From Zygophlyctis sp. KS116 (taxonomy: Eukaryota; Fungi; Chytridiomycota), in NCBI GenBank assembly GCA_054661495.1, contig BAAFSQ010000014.1, forward strand, positions 1 through 32,000: a stretch of DNA of 32,000 bases. Reading direction: 5' to 3'. The notes under the pieces were generated by a model that was not told the DNA's origin, did not search any database, and was given only the letters and a program-made list of their open reading frames with translations. The position numbers were made by a program, and so were the translations under genes. Shown here in pieces: positions 12,457 to 24,342 of the stretch (positions are counted from its first letter, which is position 1; every line of letters starts with the position of its first letter).

Positions 12457-12861
12457 ATGGGCAAGTTTATTTCTCAACAGGCATTGCAATCTTATCCAAG
12501 CATTACTTGTACTCAAGTGATTTCAAAGATTGTGAGTTCTCAGGGCGGTAATTTATTTAAAGTTGAAGGAAATGGTGTAGATCTAGTCTCATTACCTCCA
12601 AAATTTCTAAAATCTTTATGGATCAGAAGAGGGAGTTTTGTAATTGTAGAGCCTTGTCTGAATGATTCAAAAGTTAATGGAGAAATTGTAAGAGTTTTAA
12701 TGCCAATGGATATAAAGGAATTGAAAAAGGAAAAGAAATGGTAATCTTTTATTTGAACTTATTAAAGGCCATTAGAGTTTTTAGAAATTGAAATCTCAGA
12801 CTCTTCTGAAACTGATGATCTATTTATTAATAGAAATAGAGATTTTGATGATTCGGAGTAG
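12457..12861 (+). CDS. EIF1AD: eIF1A-domain RNA-binding protein EIF1AD (2 exons, ~125 aa)
   Basis: GGNLFKV, LVSLPPKFLKSLWIRRGSFVIVEP, KVNGEI. A 27-nt intron 12741-12767 restores KKWP and the acidic tail DDLFINRNR. Confidence 0.88.
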
Positions 12862-12866
12862 ATAAA

Positions 12867-13817
12867 ATGATTTTACCTGAAATTATAACTGATGCAATCA
12901 TTTCTTTTCTAGATCTAAAGTCTGTTTTAGTACTCTATAAAGTTAATAGATTTTGGTATTCTAGGACAATTATCGGACTAAAGTATTTGGATACAACAGA
13001 ATTAAATATTATCTCTGATATCAGTTTTATTTTAAGTAAATTTAATAAAATACAGACTCTAATTACTCAAAAAGTATTTCATGCTGTGGAATTAAAAGCT
13101 TTAAAGGTTTTAGAAATGCATGGGATAGAGGATGAAAATACTGATTTTACTCTAATATTGTCAAAATCTAAAGTATTACAAGAATTAGGAATTTATCAGA
13201 GTATAAACTATCAAAATGATAGTGTATTAACAACACTGGCAACTTTGCCTTGTATCACGGTGTTAGAGATTGATCAGGCGTATGATATTAGTAATATTGG
13301 TTTAAATAGAGTATTAAGTGAATGCAAGGCTTTAAAAGATCTGACAATCATAAATTGTCCTGGTCTTGATAAGGATGTATTCATAAATATTACAAATTTA
13401 AATCTTCATACTCTAAATTTATCAAAATGTAGACTGGTATGTAATGATTTTATCAAATTTATATCGATTAAATGTCTCAATTTAAGATATTTGGATATTT
13501 CAAATGATTCATTAGTCTCTAAAGTTGATTACTTGTCCGATCTACCCAGACTGTCGTCATTAGTAGTTTCTGGATGTTATTTATTAAACGATCAGTCTTT
13601 TGCAAACTTAAAAAGTGGTAATTTAAAGGAATTGGACATTTCATTTTGTACTAGTGTTACTGATGTTGGATTATCGCATGTACTAGATAATTGCCAAGGA
13701 CTGACTTCAATAAACTTGAGGGAAGCTTCAGGGATTTCATTGAATGGAATTGATTTAGCATGCAAGTCAAGGAATGGACTATTTTATGGAAGTATTTTAG
13801 AATTTAATCATTTATAA
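12867..13817 (+). CDS. F-box/leucine-rich-repeat protein
   Basis: N-terminal F-box LPEIITDAIISFLDLKSVLVLYKVNRFW; cysteine-containing LRRs such as LKELDISFCTSVTDVGL. Confidence 0.88.
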   Translation: MILPEIITDAIISFLDLKSVLVLYKVNRFWYSRTIIGLKYLDTTELNIISDISFILSKFNKIQTLITQKVFHAVELKALKVLEMHGIEDENTDFTLILSKSKVLQELGIYQSINYQNDSVLTTLATLPCITVLEIDQAYDISNIGLNRVLSECKALKDLTIINCPGLDKDVFINITNLNLHTLNLSKCRLVCNDFIKFISIKCLNLRYLDISNDSLVSKVDYLSDLPRLSSLVVSGCYLLNDQSFANLKSGNLKELDISFCTSVTDVGLSHVLDNCQGLTSINLREASGISLNGIDLACKSRNGLFYGSILEFNHL

Positions 13818-13823
13818 GATTCT

Positions 13824-14343
13824 TTATTCTAATTTCTTGATCTTTTCTCTTTTAGATTTAAGAGTCCGATATAGGAGCAATAGCGGCATAATTCCAAATA
13901 TTATATAACTGGGTATTAATCGTGTTCCAGTCTCTGAATATAAATGTGATAAGATAGGTATAAAGCATCCGATTGCTTGACCAGAATAAAATATACTTGT
14001 CCATTCAAAATAGACAGATTTAGAGTCTAAGATTAAATCGTGCAAAAGTACCAATCAGGAGCCAGTACGCAAGGACAAAGAATAGAGGCAATTGAATAAA
14101 GACCTCTTGCCAGAAAATAGAGATTGTCCAGGCCTGTCGAGACAAAGGATTAATAGCCATCTGCAATAGAGGATCAGAGCTAGACTCTATTGCAATTAAT
14201 AAAACATTACTCATAAAAGGTGGAATCATGGAAGACGGGCCTATAATGACTTGTGTCGCAAAGAGCAATGTAATCGGAATGTGTATGATAAAGTAGATTG
14301 CAAGGCAGATATCAAGTATCCGATTCTGATTACAGCCAGACAT
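13824..14343 (-). CDS. TMEM97/EXPERA-domain ER membrane protein (2 exons, ~164 aa)
   Basis: YFIIHIPITLLF, DPL, EVFIQLPLFF; four hydrophobic segments; C-terminal KKLE ER-retrieval signal; 25-nt intron 14027-14051. Confidence 0.8.
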
Positions 14344-14380
14344 TTTGATCAAGATTAAGTGGTAGGGGCAATTTGATTAA

Positions 14381-15706
14381 ATGGCTCCTATCCGACACTG
14401 TATTAAAACAGACAATACTAAAAGTGGGCTATTGGAAGCTGGAATTGGTAAGTCGACCCTCTTTTTATATGTAGAAAATAATGTTTTATCAGTCGGAAAG
14501 AATATTCAAGTAGATTCGGACACGCTGCAACTAAGTAAGATGCACTGGCGGTTAAGGGACGTATTGATCAGGTACTTGGATGGTGATTCTCTGGTAGATT
14601 TCCACTGTAATAAAAGTATTTTGGCAATACAATCAAAATATTTCATGTCGGCATTGGTTACATTTCCTGGAGAAAATCAATGCATTAGTATGATCGACTT
14701 ATCACAAATTCCCTTTGATGGACACATCTTCAAAATAATTCTTGAATCATTTTTTAGATCGCAAAGTGATGGTGATTTTGAACTTTGGACACAACAAGGA
14801 ATTTTTGGAAAACTATTTTATGCTGCAGAGTATTTTGCATTTGACTCATTCTGTAATGCATCAAGGAATTATTTAAGTTGCAGAGCATTTAATGCATTAT
14901 CAAGTTTAAAAACACCATTGGAGATTTGGGAAAAAATACATCTTAATAATCTGCTTCAGATTCTTGTTCAAGAAGATATGGAAAACTCTGAAACTGGAAA
15001 ATCCTTTGAAACATTTTTAAGGCTTTATCTGATTAGCGACTTGAAATCTTTTATATTTAGTATTCCGGTTAGCTTTCTTTGTAGAATTCTTAAAATTGGC
15101 CTAGAATACAATGATGAAAAATCTGCACTTCTTATTTACATCGATGCATACAAATTATTGGATGATAATGATAAAAAGGAGCTAAAATCATTTATACTAT
15201 GCTATTTTGATACTAAAATTATTATGCAGTTGGGAGAGGCATTATTATTAGATCATGCAGATTATGAAATCCTTAATTCTAAAACAGTAACAGGAAGACT
15301 TGGCCATCCTCTGCAGTTATCAAAATTTTTAGAATTTAAAAACAGAGACTTCAAGTTTATAGAGGTTGATTTTGAATATGGCGGACATCGGATGCTTTTA
15401 TTACTACGCATTAGTAGAACAGACTCTAAATATTTAGAGTGTTTTCTATATCGAGATATTATACAAATGCACGATTGTATACCAGAATTTGAATTTACAT
15501 TATCAGATTCGCAAGATCGTGGTTTGGTGTCTCGCCAAGTGTTAAAATGTCCAGCTTACATTCAGCATACTAGGATTCGAATGGAAAATAAGAGGCCAGT
15601 GGCTCATTGTGGATGGTCCAAACTTATTCGGAGATCAGAATTGAAATCTAATTCAAGATACCACCTCTCACTATTAATTGTTGGGCTTTCGGCGCTTGAT
15701 CAATAA
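14381..15706 (+). CDS. BTB/POZ protein with C-terminal MATH/TRAF-like domain
   Basis: BTB-like FHCNKSILAIQSKYFMSAL and LFYAAEYF; MATH-like FEYGGHRMLL..YLECFLY..FEFTL..GWSKLI. Possible in-frame 27-nt intron 14448-14474. Confidence 0.65.
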   Translation: MAPIRHCIKTDNTKSGLLEAGIGKSTLFLYVENNVLSVGKNIQVDSDTLQLSKMHWRLRDVLIRYLDGDSLVDFHCNKSILAIQSKYFMSALVTFPGENQCISMIDLSQIPFDGHIFKIILESFFRSQSDGDFELWTQQGIFGKLFYAAEYFAFDSFCNASRNYLSCRAFNALSSLKTPLEIWEKIHLNNLLQILVQEDMENSETGKSFETFLRLYLISDLKSFIFSIPVSFLCRILKIGLEYNDEKSALLIYIDAYKLLDDNDKKELKSFILCYFDTKIIMQLGEALLLDHADYEILNSKTVTGRLGHPLQLSKFLEFKNRDFKFIEVDFEYGGHRMLLLLRISRTDSKYLECFLYRDIIQMHDCIPEFEFTLSDSQDRGLVSRQVLKCPAYIQHTRIRMENKRPVAHCGWSKLIRRSELKSNSRYHLSLLIVGLSALDQ

Positions 15707-16008
15707 TAAAAGAATTAAAGACATTTAAACAAGCTCTACCGACCGTTAAAACTGCAGATCCTTCGCGTTTGAAAATGTCCTTGTCTGGTGTGTTTGTCTT
15801 GAGTGCTGTCCGTACTCCCTCTGGTAGTTTTGGAAAAAGTCTTGCTTCTGTTCCTGCTACTCGACTGGGCGCAACAGCAATTAAGGGGGCTATAAAGTCT
15901 GCTGGATTATTATCAGCAGATATACAGGAAGTTTATATGGGAAATGTGATTTCAGCATCTATTGGACAGGCTCCAGCGAGGCAGGCAGCAATATTCGCAG
16001 GATGGTAT
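15366..16008 (+). repeat. 643-bp direct repeat, copy 1 (BTB 3' end + intergenic + thiolase exon 1)
   Basis: Reads identical to 17323-17965 (offset 1957). Confidence 0.95.
15775..16008 (+). pseudogene. ERG10: Orphan duplicated thiolase exon 1, truncated 4 nt into intron 1
   Basis: Identical to 17732-17965, but the sequence after the donor GTAT is foreign and no further thiolase exons follow. Confidence 0.85.
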
Positions 16009-17322
16009 AATTTTGTTGCTGGTCAATATTAAAATTGCGATTATCATGGTTAAGGCCGGTTATGTCACATTTAATCATGGTATTTCTTATTTTCTACAGG
16101 TAGAATTTTTCGAAAAATGAATGAATTTGAACCTTTGTTTGTGCAGTATCTTGATACAGAGCCTATTAAAGTTGACTCAGTTGGATGTATAAATATTGCT
16201 GATTTGATTAAAAAAGCACAGAAGGAGTTCTCACCTCAACTGGACGAATTTCCACTCAACAAGTTGACTCTCCATCGCTACACTGGCATCAAACTCAAGG
16301 GCGACATTAAAATCACTTCTCTTGTCAAGTCAAATGGGTTTATTAATAACTACGACAATCCACTTCTCATCAGATATGCTGATGATGTCCTTCCAGTCAT
16401 CAAAAAGGCTCACCATTCTGATGCCAGAAAGAGAAGATGGGATGAAATAAATCCTGTGCTGCTTGATGCTGCTGCAAAGAGTAAGAAGAAAGATAAGGAC
16501 AGTACAGCCTTTTCATCTCTGACTTGGAAAGCCCTCTTGCCTTTCTTTAACTTAGAATTGTATTCTCAACCTGTCAAAGTTGTCCCCACCGATGAAGTCG
16601 AATACATTCGAAACTATCTAATCAAAACTCTCAAGGGTCTGGGCAGTATTTTGCAAGAAAATGAATCCAAACGACTTTATTTCATCGCCCCTATACTCAT
16701 TTGTGTCGTGAATTTGTTTGGCCCAAATGACCAAGTTAAAATTGTCACTGGGGAAGATTTAAATGGTATCAATGTCAAGGCTAATGGACATTTTGAATTT
16801 ATGCTCAAAAGGAAAAACAAAATAGTTTGTATTGTTGAGGCTAAAAATTACGATTTGCTCAAAGGGATGGCACAAGATTTAGTTGGAATGGAGGTAGCTT
16901 CTGATGTGGATGACTTGGATGTGGTATATGGGATAGTAACCACTTATTCGGATTGGGTTTTTTTGAAAAGTCTGAATGACAAGGTACAGCAGGATATTGA
17001 TACACTTGTATTCGAATTAGAAGTTCCTACTCTTGATTCATTGAAAAGAATTGCTGGGAAGATTTATGCTATGCTTTCCGACGATTGATAAGCAAATCGA
17101 TTGTTTGATTTATGAAATAAATTGTTTTTTAGTCATCAACACAAGTTGAAGCGGGACGGATTCAATACTTTAGGAAATAGCCCCATGGACGTCCAAGTGC
17201 CCGAAAATACATGGAGTTATAATAGATAATACCAGATTTCAATCATATTCATTTAAATTTTTCAATACTTTCCTAAAGGAACGGTATCATCCGCCTATTC
17301 TGCTATTGAGGCTTTCTAGAGT
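16009..17322 (+). mobile_element. Inserted 1314-bp cassette carrying a Crinkler-type nuclease gene, flanked by 643-bp direct repeats
   Basis: Unique sequence between two identical host segments; intronless nuclease-fold ORF; no TIRs or LTRs seen. Confidence 0.5.
16117..17088 (+). CDS. Crinkler (CRN)-like effector: ubiquitin-like header + PD-(D/E)xK restriction-endonuclease-fold domain
   Basis: Header-like IADLIKKAQKEFSPQLDEFPLNKLTLHR. C-terminal NESKRLYFIAPIL, GHFEFML..CIVEAK, GMAQDLVGME, VYGIVTTYSDWVFL, IAGKIYAMLSDD, typical of CRN-associated REase domains. Confidence 0.8.
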   Translation: MNEFEPLFVQYLDTEPIKVDSVGCINIADLIKKAQKEFSPQLDEFPLNKLTLHRYTGIKLKGDIKITSLVKSNGFINNYDNPLLIRYADDVLPVIKKAHHSDARKRRWDEINPVLLDAAAKSKKKDKDSTAFSSLTWKALLPFFNLELYSQPVKVVPTDEVEYIRNYLIKTLKGLGSILQENESKRLYFIAPILICVVNLFGPNDQVKIVTGEDLNGINVKANGHFEFMLKRKNKIVCIVEAKNYDLLKGMAQDLVGMEVASDVDDLDVVYGIVTTYSDWVFLKSLNDKVQQDIDTLVFELEVPTLDSLKRIAGKIYAMLSDD

Positions 17323-17663
17323 TTGATTTTGAATATGGCGGACATCGGATGCTTTTATTACTACGCATTAGTAGAACAGACTCTAAATATTTAGAGTGTT
17401 TTCTATATCGAGATATTATACAAATGCACGATTGTATACCAGAATTTGAATTTACATTATCAGATTCGCAAGATCGTGGTTTGGTGTCTCGCCAAGTGTT
17501 AAAATGTCCAGCTTACATTCAGCATACTAGGATTCGAATGGAAAATAAGAGGCCAGTGGCTCATTGTGGATGGTCCAAACTTATTCGGAGATCAGAATTG
17601 AAATCTAATTCAAGATACCACCTCTCACTATTAATTGTTGGGCTTTCGGCGCTTGATCAATAA
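17323..17663 (+). pseudogene. Duplicated 3' fragment of the BTB/MATH gene
   Basis: The ORF 17349-17663 is identical to the last 104 aa of 14381-15706 and lacks the N-terminus. Confidence 0.8.
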
Positions 17664-17731
17664 TAAAAGAATTAAAGACATTTAAACAAGCTCTACCGAC
17701 CGTTAAAACTGCAGATCCTTCGCGTTTGAAA

Positions 17732-19028
<1,297 letters not shown>

Positions 19029-19034
<6 letters not shown>

Positions 19035-22000
19035 ATTATTTTTACAAGATCCAAATAAACCTCTTTCGTGAGCCATTAGGACTGTTATAGATTGAACAAT
19101 TGCTAATGCGCAAACTAGAAATCCTTGAACAATAGTTATTTCAATTTTAGTTGTAAATCCGAACGGAAGGCCCCATAAGAGTTGATTTAATGTGAACCAC
19201 CAGTCCACAAGAAACTGTACAGTCAATACGGCAAATAAACGCCAAAAGACAACAAGAGGACCGACATTACCATAATCTCGGCAAAGAACTTGCTGTTCAA
19301 TACCTGTAGAAAAGATCATATAAACTGCTGCTGCACCTACTATTGCGGCGTAAGTTGAACACATGTAAAACCGTCTTTCTACAGCTTGTCTTCTGTTGTC
19401 CTGATGAAATGCTGTCAAAGCGACCACAGTTAGAGCATCATTATTGGTCTTTTCAGCAAAAATTGACGATTTTGAACTTTCTTTTCGTAGCTGATTAATT
19501 GGAAGGCTTAACTGAGGAGGAGCTCTATTTGCACTTCGCGAAGCCATATCAGGAACCATCTTCTTACTTTTTCGATGCACTCCAGTCTTTTCAGCTTTTC
19601 CACCTTTCATCGCTATCATATTTGGAGCAATCGATCCTTTTCTCTTAAACCCCTTAGTGATTTTTGAAGCTTGTCGGTCCTGTCTTTTCTTTTCTTTTTC
19701 CTCTGCTTTCTTTTTCCTTTCTTTTCGTTTTTCTAACCAGTCCATAAAATTTTTGAAAACAACTGCCATCAGTGCTTCCATTACAAGACTTCCCGCTGCT
19801 GCAATTCCAAATTGCAAATTGTCTTCAATTCTAAATATGAATATCCATCCAGGAACTCCGTGCCCGCCTAGAGAAAGAATAAGCTGTCCGAAATAGCTAA
19901 GATCCTCTATTTCATCCTCATATACAACCTGAAGCGCACTTGCCTTTGGTAATTCTGTATTTTCAGATAGTTTTTCACAAGAATTTTCGCCGGTTTCGGA
20001 TTTTTCTTTGGTCTTGTTAAGATTATTAGCTCGTGAATTCTGGATCGCCCTTCTATCTGAAAAAATAACAACGTATTTTGCCAAATTTCTTGATAGAAAA
20101 AAAATGATGGCTTTTAAAATACCTTTAGCTATATTTATGCCTGCATCATCAGCGGAGCCGTTAGTTAGGCGAATATCGATGAAAGCAAGAGGTGCAATCA
20201 TACTGTAAAATAGACATTGATTGATAAATTCAGTCACGAAAACTGTCAATATTGAGGCAAAGAGACGTGCCAAAATGGGGTAGATCGAGGCCGTAACTGT
20301 GAACATATGTGCGCAAACTGAACTACATATTAGAGTTAGTGATAAATACCCTGGAATAACAAGAAAAGGGTATACAACAAGCGTAATGAGATCTGAAGTA
20401 TCAACATAAGATAGAAATATGGGTAATATTATCCAACGGAATAGAAATTTCCAAATCATATGAAAGAATAACGGAGACCACACAAGCTTTACCATAACTT
20501 CTTTGTTATCATCATCTTTCATTCGATCAAGATCATATTCCTTAAACGATTTCCCATCTCTTTCGGACTATATATTAAAAAAAGAAAAATTACAAGAGAT
20601 TCTAAATCATCAGGCGCAATTTTAAAGTGGCCAGAGATATTCACTGCAGTCGTATCATCCTCATAAGGATCATATACAATCTGCTTATGTGTAGCTCTCC
20701 GCCTCATAAAGTTGAAAGTAGGATTACTCTTCTTTTTTTGAGTTAGCTTTCGAATTGGTTCCTCGTAATCATCACCTGTATCTGCTACTCGATCGACTTC
20801 TACCGCTTCTCTCGTATCAAACGGGTCAATCACTTTGGAAACAATATTATTCATCGGAATATAAGGAAGCGACTCTTCAGAGTCAGTTTGAGGTTCTGAA
20901 GTTAAGATTCTTTTTGATGAGTTCTGAGAATTTTGAACATTATTTATCTCTTCATTTATATTCCTATCTGATGATTCAAGCAATTCTTTTGAAGATCCAT
21001 TATTTTCCGAAAAACTCTCAACGGGAATGATCGAATCTTCACTTTCTCCATTATCTTTTTCACATTCTTCAATTAAAGGAAGAAGTGCGTTATTACCGCT
21101 TAGAATATTCGTTTCTGGCGGTTTCTGTAGTGCTTCATAACTTCCTTCAGACTCCTCTTTTACAATACCCATTCCTTCAGACTCCTCTTTTAGAACCCCC
21201 ATTCCTTCATTTGTGGCTGAATTCTGAGAGAATGGATCAGGAACATCAAATTCCGGATTCATTGGTACGACTTCTAAAAGAATATCGCTCTCTTGTGAAT
21301 CTGCCCTGTGATCTGATATTTTGGCTTGTGCTTCATTTGACTTTGCTAATGCATGTGCTCGACTTGCTCTTCTTGCTTGCATAGCTGCCGTACTTGAATC
21401 CATTCTCATTGAAGATCTTCTACGGCCCCTGATTCCTCCCATATCATGATAGCTTTGCATGGTCATGACAGAAGATCTTCTTCTAGTATCCATCATAACA
21501 GGCGTAAGTATAGAAGAAGCTTGAGATGCCATTGAGAATGCCGACATAAAAGAAATCGTTTCATTATCTGGTTTTGGGGCAACATTTTTTGCTGCAACAT
21601 AATTTGAATTCTCGGCACTAATAGTTTCTTCTAGCTCTTGTAGTTCCTGTACTTCTTCTTCTGTAAGTACAGGAACCTCAACAGAATGACACCAATGGCA
21701 AAGATGAATCAGATCCATAAAAAAGATCCATGCGATAACCCAATAAACAATCAAACTTGTAGATATGTATCCAAAAAAATGCAGACTTTCAATCTTGAAA
21801 GAAATATAAACTATTGGAAGAACCACAATTCCCGGAATTAGAGAAGGAAATATCTAATGATAAACTTTATATAATTACCACTGATCTTAGCAAAAACCAA
21901 AATGTCCAAAAAATCTTTATAGATTTCTTCTTTTGTATGTTTTTCCGCACTTGTTCAAACTTTAACAATGCATTATCATATTCCTGATCAAACGCTTCTA

Positions 22001-22040
22001 TCGATCCATGCAGTAAATTTCCTGCTTCTTCATCGTCCAT
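19029..22040 (-). CDS. Large multi-pass membrane protein of unknown function (3 exons, ~986 aa)
   Basis: Introns 21854-21878 and 20568-20593 join three ORF-track pieces in frame (2961 nt). Several hydrophobic helices are separated by acidic and basic disordered loops. Confidence 0.75.
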
Positions 22041-22188
22041 TTTATGGGTGACGGATGACGTGATCAAACGTTCAACGTCAGCAAGAGTCTAGCAGAAATG
22101 ATTGAATCTAGTGCATTGCATTCACATCAACTTGATGTTGCGATGCAAAGATTCCATTAACTTTTCCAGATCAAATTTGAAACTTTTG

Positions 22189-24342
22189 ATGATAAACCGG
22201 AATTTGTGGCACCTTCGTCATTTGTCCAGTACAGCCTATAGTAGAAATCATGAATTCATCGATCGGCAATTCAGAAGGCCTCCAGGAACTTCTCATCAGT
22301 TTTCTACTCAACACTTTAAAAAAGAGTTGGATCAGTTCATTTGGTCTTTAGATACAAAGCATTTGGAGACTAAATGTTTTAGTTTTGGCATCTCAAATGA
22401 AGTGTATCTCAAGGCAATTAAAGATTTTAAGGAATCTCTTAGAAAAGATTCAATTTCTTATCTTCGGCATGATGATCTATTGAATCATTTGCAGGTTTCA
22501 AGTCCGATTGATAAGTTGGTATTACCTGCATTCCTAAGATTTATCAAACAGAAGTTTCCTGCATCAGTTCATAAACTTAATATGTTATCAGCAAAACTTG
22601 ATTTAGAAAATCCATCAAACTTGTTTCAAGATGCTCGAAGCATGAAGAGAGAGATTATAATGCATGTTGGTCCTACTAATTCGTAAGTCTGTAGTTCTTA
22701 AATCTAAAGTGGTAAAACATATTCGGCTTTAAAGGCATTTTCTGATGCTGAAAATAGTATTTATTTAGGGCCATTAAGATTATTGGCACATGAAGTTTAT
22801 GAGAAAATGAATGGAAATAATATCGAATGCAATTTATTAACAGGAGAAGATAGAAAAGAAAGTTCTCATGTTAATAAGTGGGCTTGTACGATTGAAATGG
22901 CACCTTTATCTAAAAAGTTTGATGTGGCAGTTATAGATGAAATTCAAGTGATTGCCGATAGAGATAGAGGTTTTGCATGGACCAATGCTTTGTTAGGTCT
23001 TCAAGCTGATAAGATTCATGTCTGTGGAGAAGAGTCTGCAGTAGATCTGGTTCAAGAATTATGCCATTTGACTGGGGATAAGCTCACAGTATAAAGTTTT
23101 TTAAAATAATGAATAGATTAATCGCTACAAAAGACTTACACCATTAAATGTACTTCAGACATCTTTAAATGGAAATTTTCAAAATATCAAGAGAGGAGAT
23201 GCTGGTAATTTCTTTATCTTATATTTCAGTGATTGCATTTTCTAGAAAACAAATTTTTGGGCTTAAAAGAGTTATTGAGAGAAAGACAGATCTTAAAGCT
23301 GCAATTATATATGGAGCATTACCTCCTGGTATGGTTCTATGACTAAAATTTAGAGCCTAGATCAGAACAGGCTCGTCTATTCAATGATTCAAATAGTAAG
23401 TATGATATTTTGGTTGCATCAGATGCTGTTGGAATGGGTTTAAATTTGTAAGTCCATCTTTTTATTTAGATAAAGGAATATCAAGAGAATTGTTTTCGCA
23501 AGGATGACCAAGTATGATGGTAGAAACCAAAGATCTTTAACAATCTCTGAAACGAAACAAATTGGTGGAAGAGCCGGAAGATTTGGATCTGAATTTTCTG
23601 AAGGAGAAGTTACAACGTACTTTATTTTACTGACACATATAGATTTGACAGGGCTGACATTAAGCAATTACATTCCTTGATGAGAAAAGAGTCACTAAAT
23701 GTCAAGGTATTTAATTTACTTCTCACTTTTAGATGGCTGGATTAGCCCCTTCTTTAGGTCAATTAGAATTTTTAGCCAATTCATTTCCAAGGGATAAAAT
23801 CTCCAGCCTTTTGGTACTTAACTTTATTTAAACCTGTAGTGTAAGTTTGAAGATTTGGCCTTATTATCTGGTAAATTCTTTCTATGCTCTTTAGACACAC
23901 AAAAAATTATTGCAGACCTCCTTGAAGACATATCACTATCTTTACGTGATCGATTTGTGTTTCTCCAAGCACCAATTCGTACTGGTGAGATTGAAATCAT
24001 GAACTTTGCAAAAGACCTTGCATACCATCATTCAAAAGATATAGAATTTGATTTATCAGAAAAAATTGAAGTTCCAGAATTTTCAGCCTCTGATCATTTA
24101 GGCCTTCGAAAGCTTGAACTTTTGCATTTCAAATTAATGCTTTACATTTGGACAGCGTAAGCTATTTCTGCTAAGTATATAGATTGCGATTCACTGGTGT
24201 TTTTTCAAACAGTTTAGATTTTGCATTAACTACCAAAACTGAGACCGAACGGCTGATCAATGAATCTCTTTACGACATGGATTTTTCAATTGCGCGCTCA
24301 AAGGCGAAATCTTCAAAACTTTTGGACGAAATAGATGAATGA
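22189..24342 (+). CDS. SUV3: Mitochondrial ATP-dependent RNA helicase Suv3 (10 exons, ~638 aa)
   Basis: Motifs: [55 protein letters not shown]. Introns 22683-22709, 23089-23116, 23205-23229, 23329-23353, 23448-23475, 23617-23642, 23707-23732, 23814-23839, 24157-24182; spliced length 1917 nt. Confidence 0.95.

Noticed and set aside
15775-16117. Thiolase exon 1 spliced in frame onto the CRN ORF as a chimeric gene
   Set aside because: Splicing from donor 16005 to the AG at 16099 gives TGG TAG, and to the AG at 16103 gives TGA; both stop. Promoter borrowing remains possible.
16009-17322. Helitron, TIR transposon or LTR element
   Set aside because: CTAG at 17316-17319 is not followed by T and there is no 5' TC, Rep/helicase, transposase, RT or TIRs. 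The direct repeats are host gene sequence, not LTRs.
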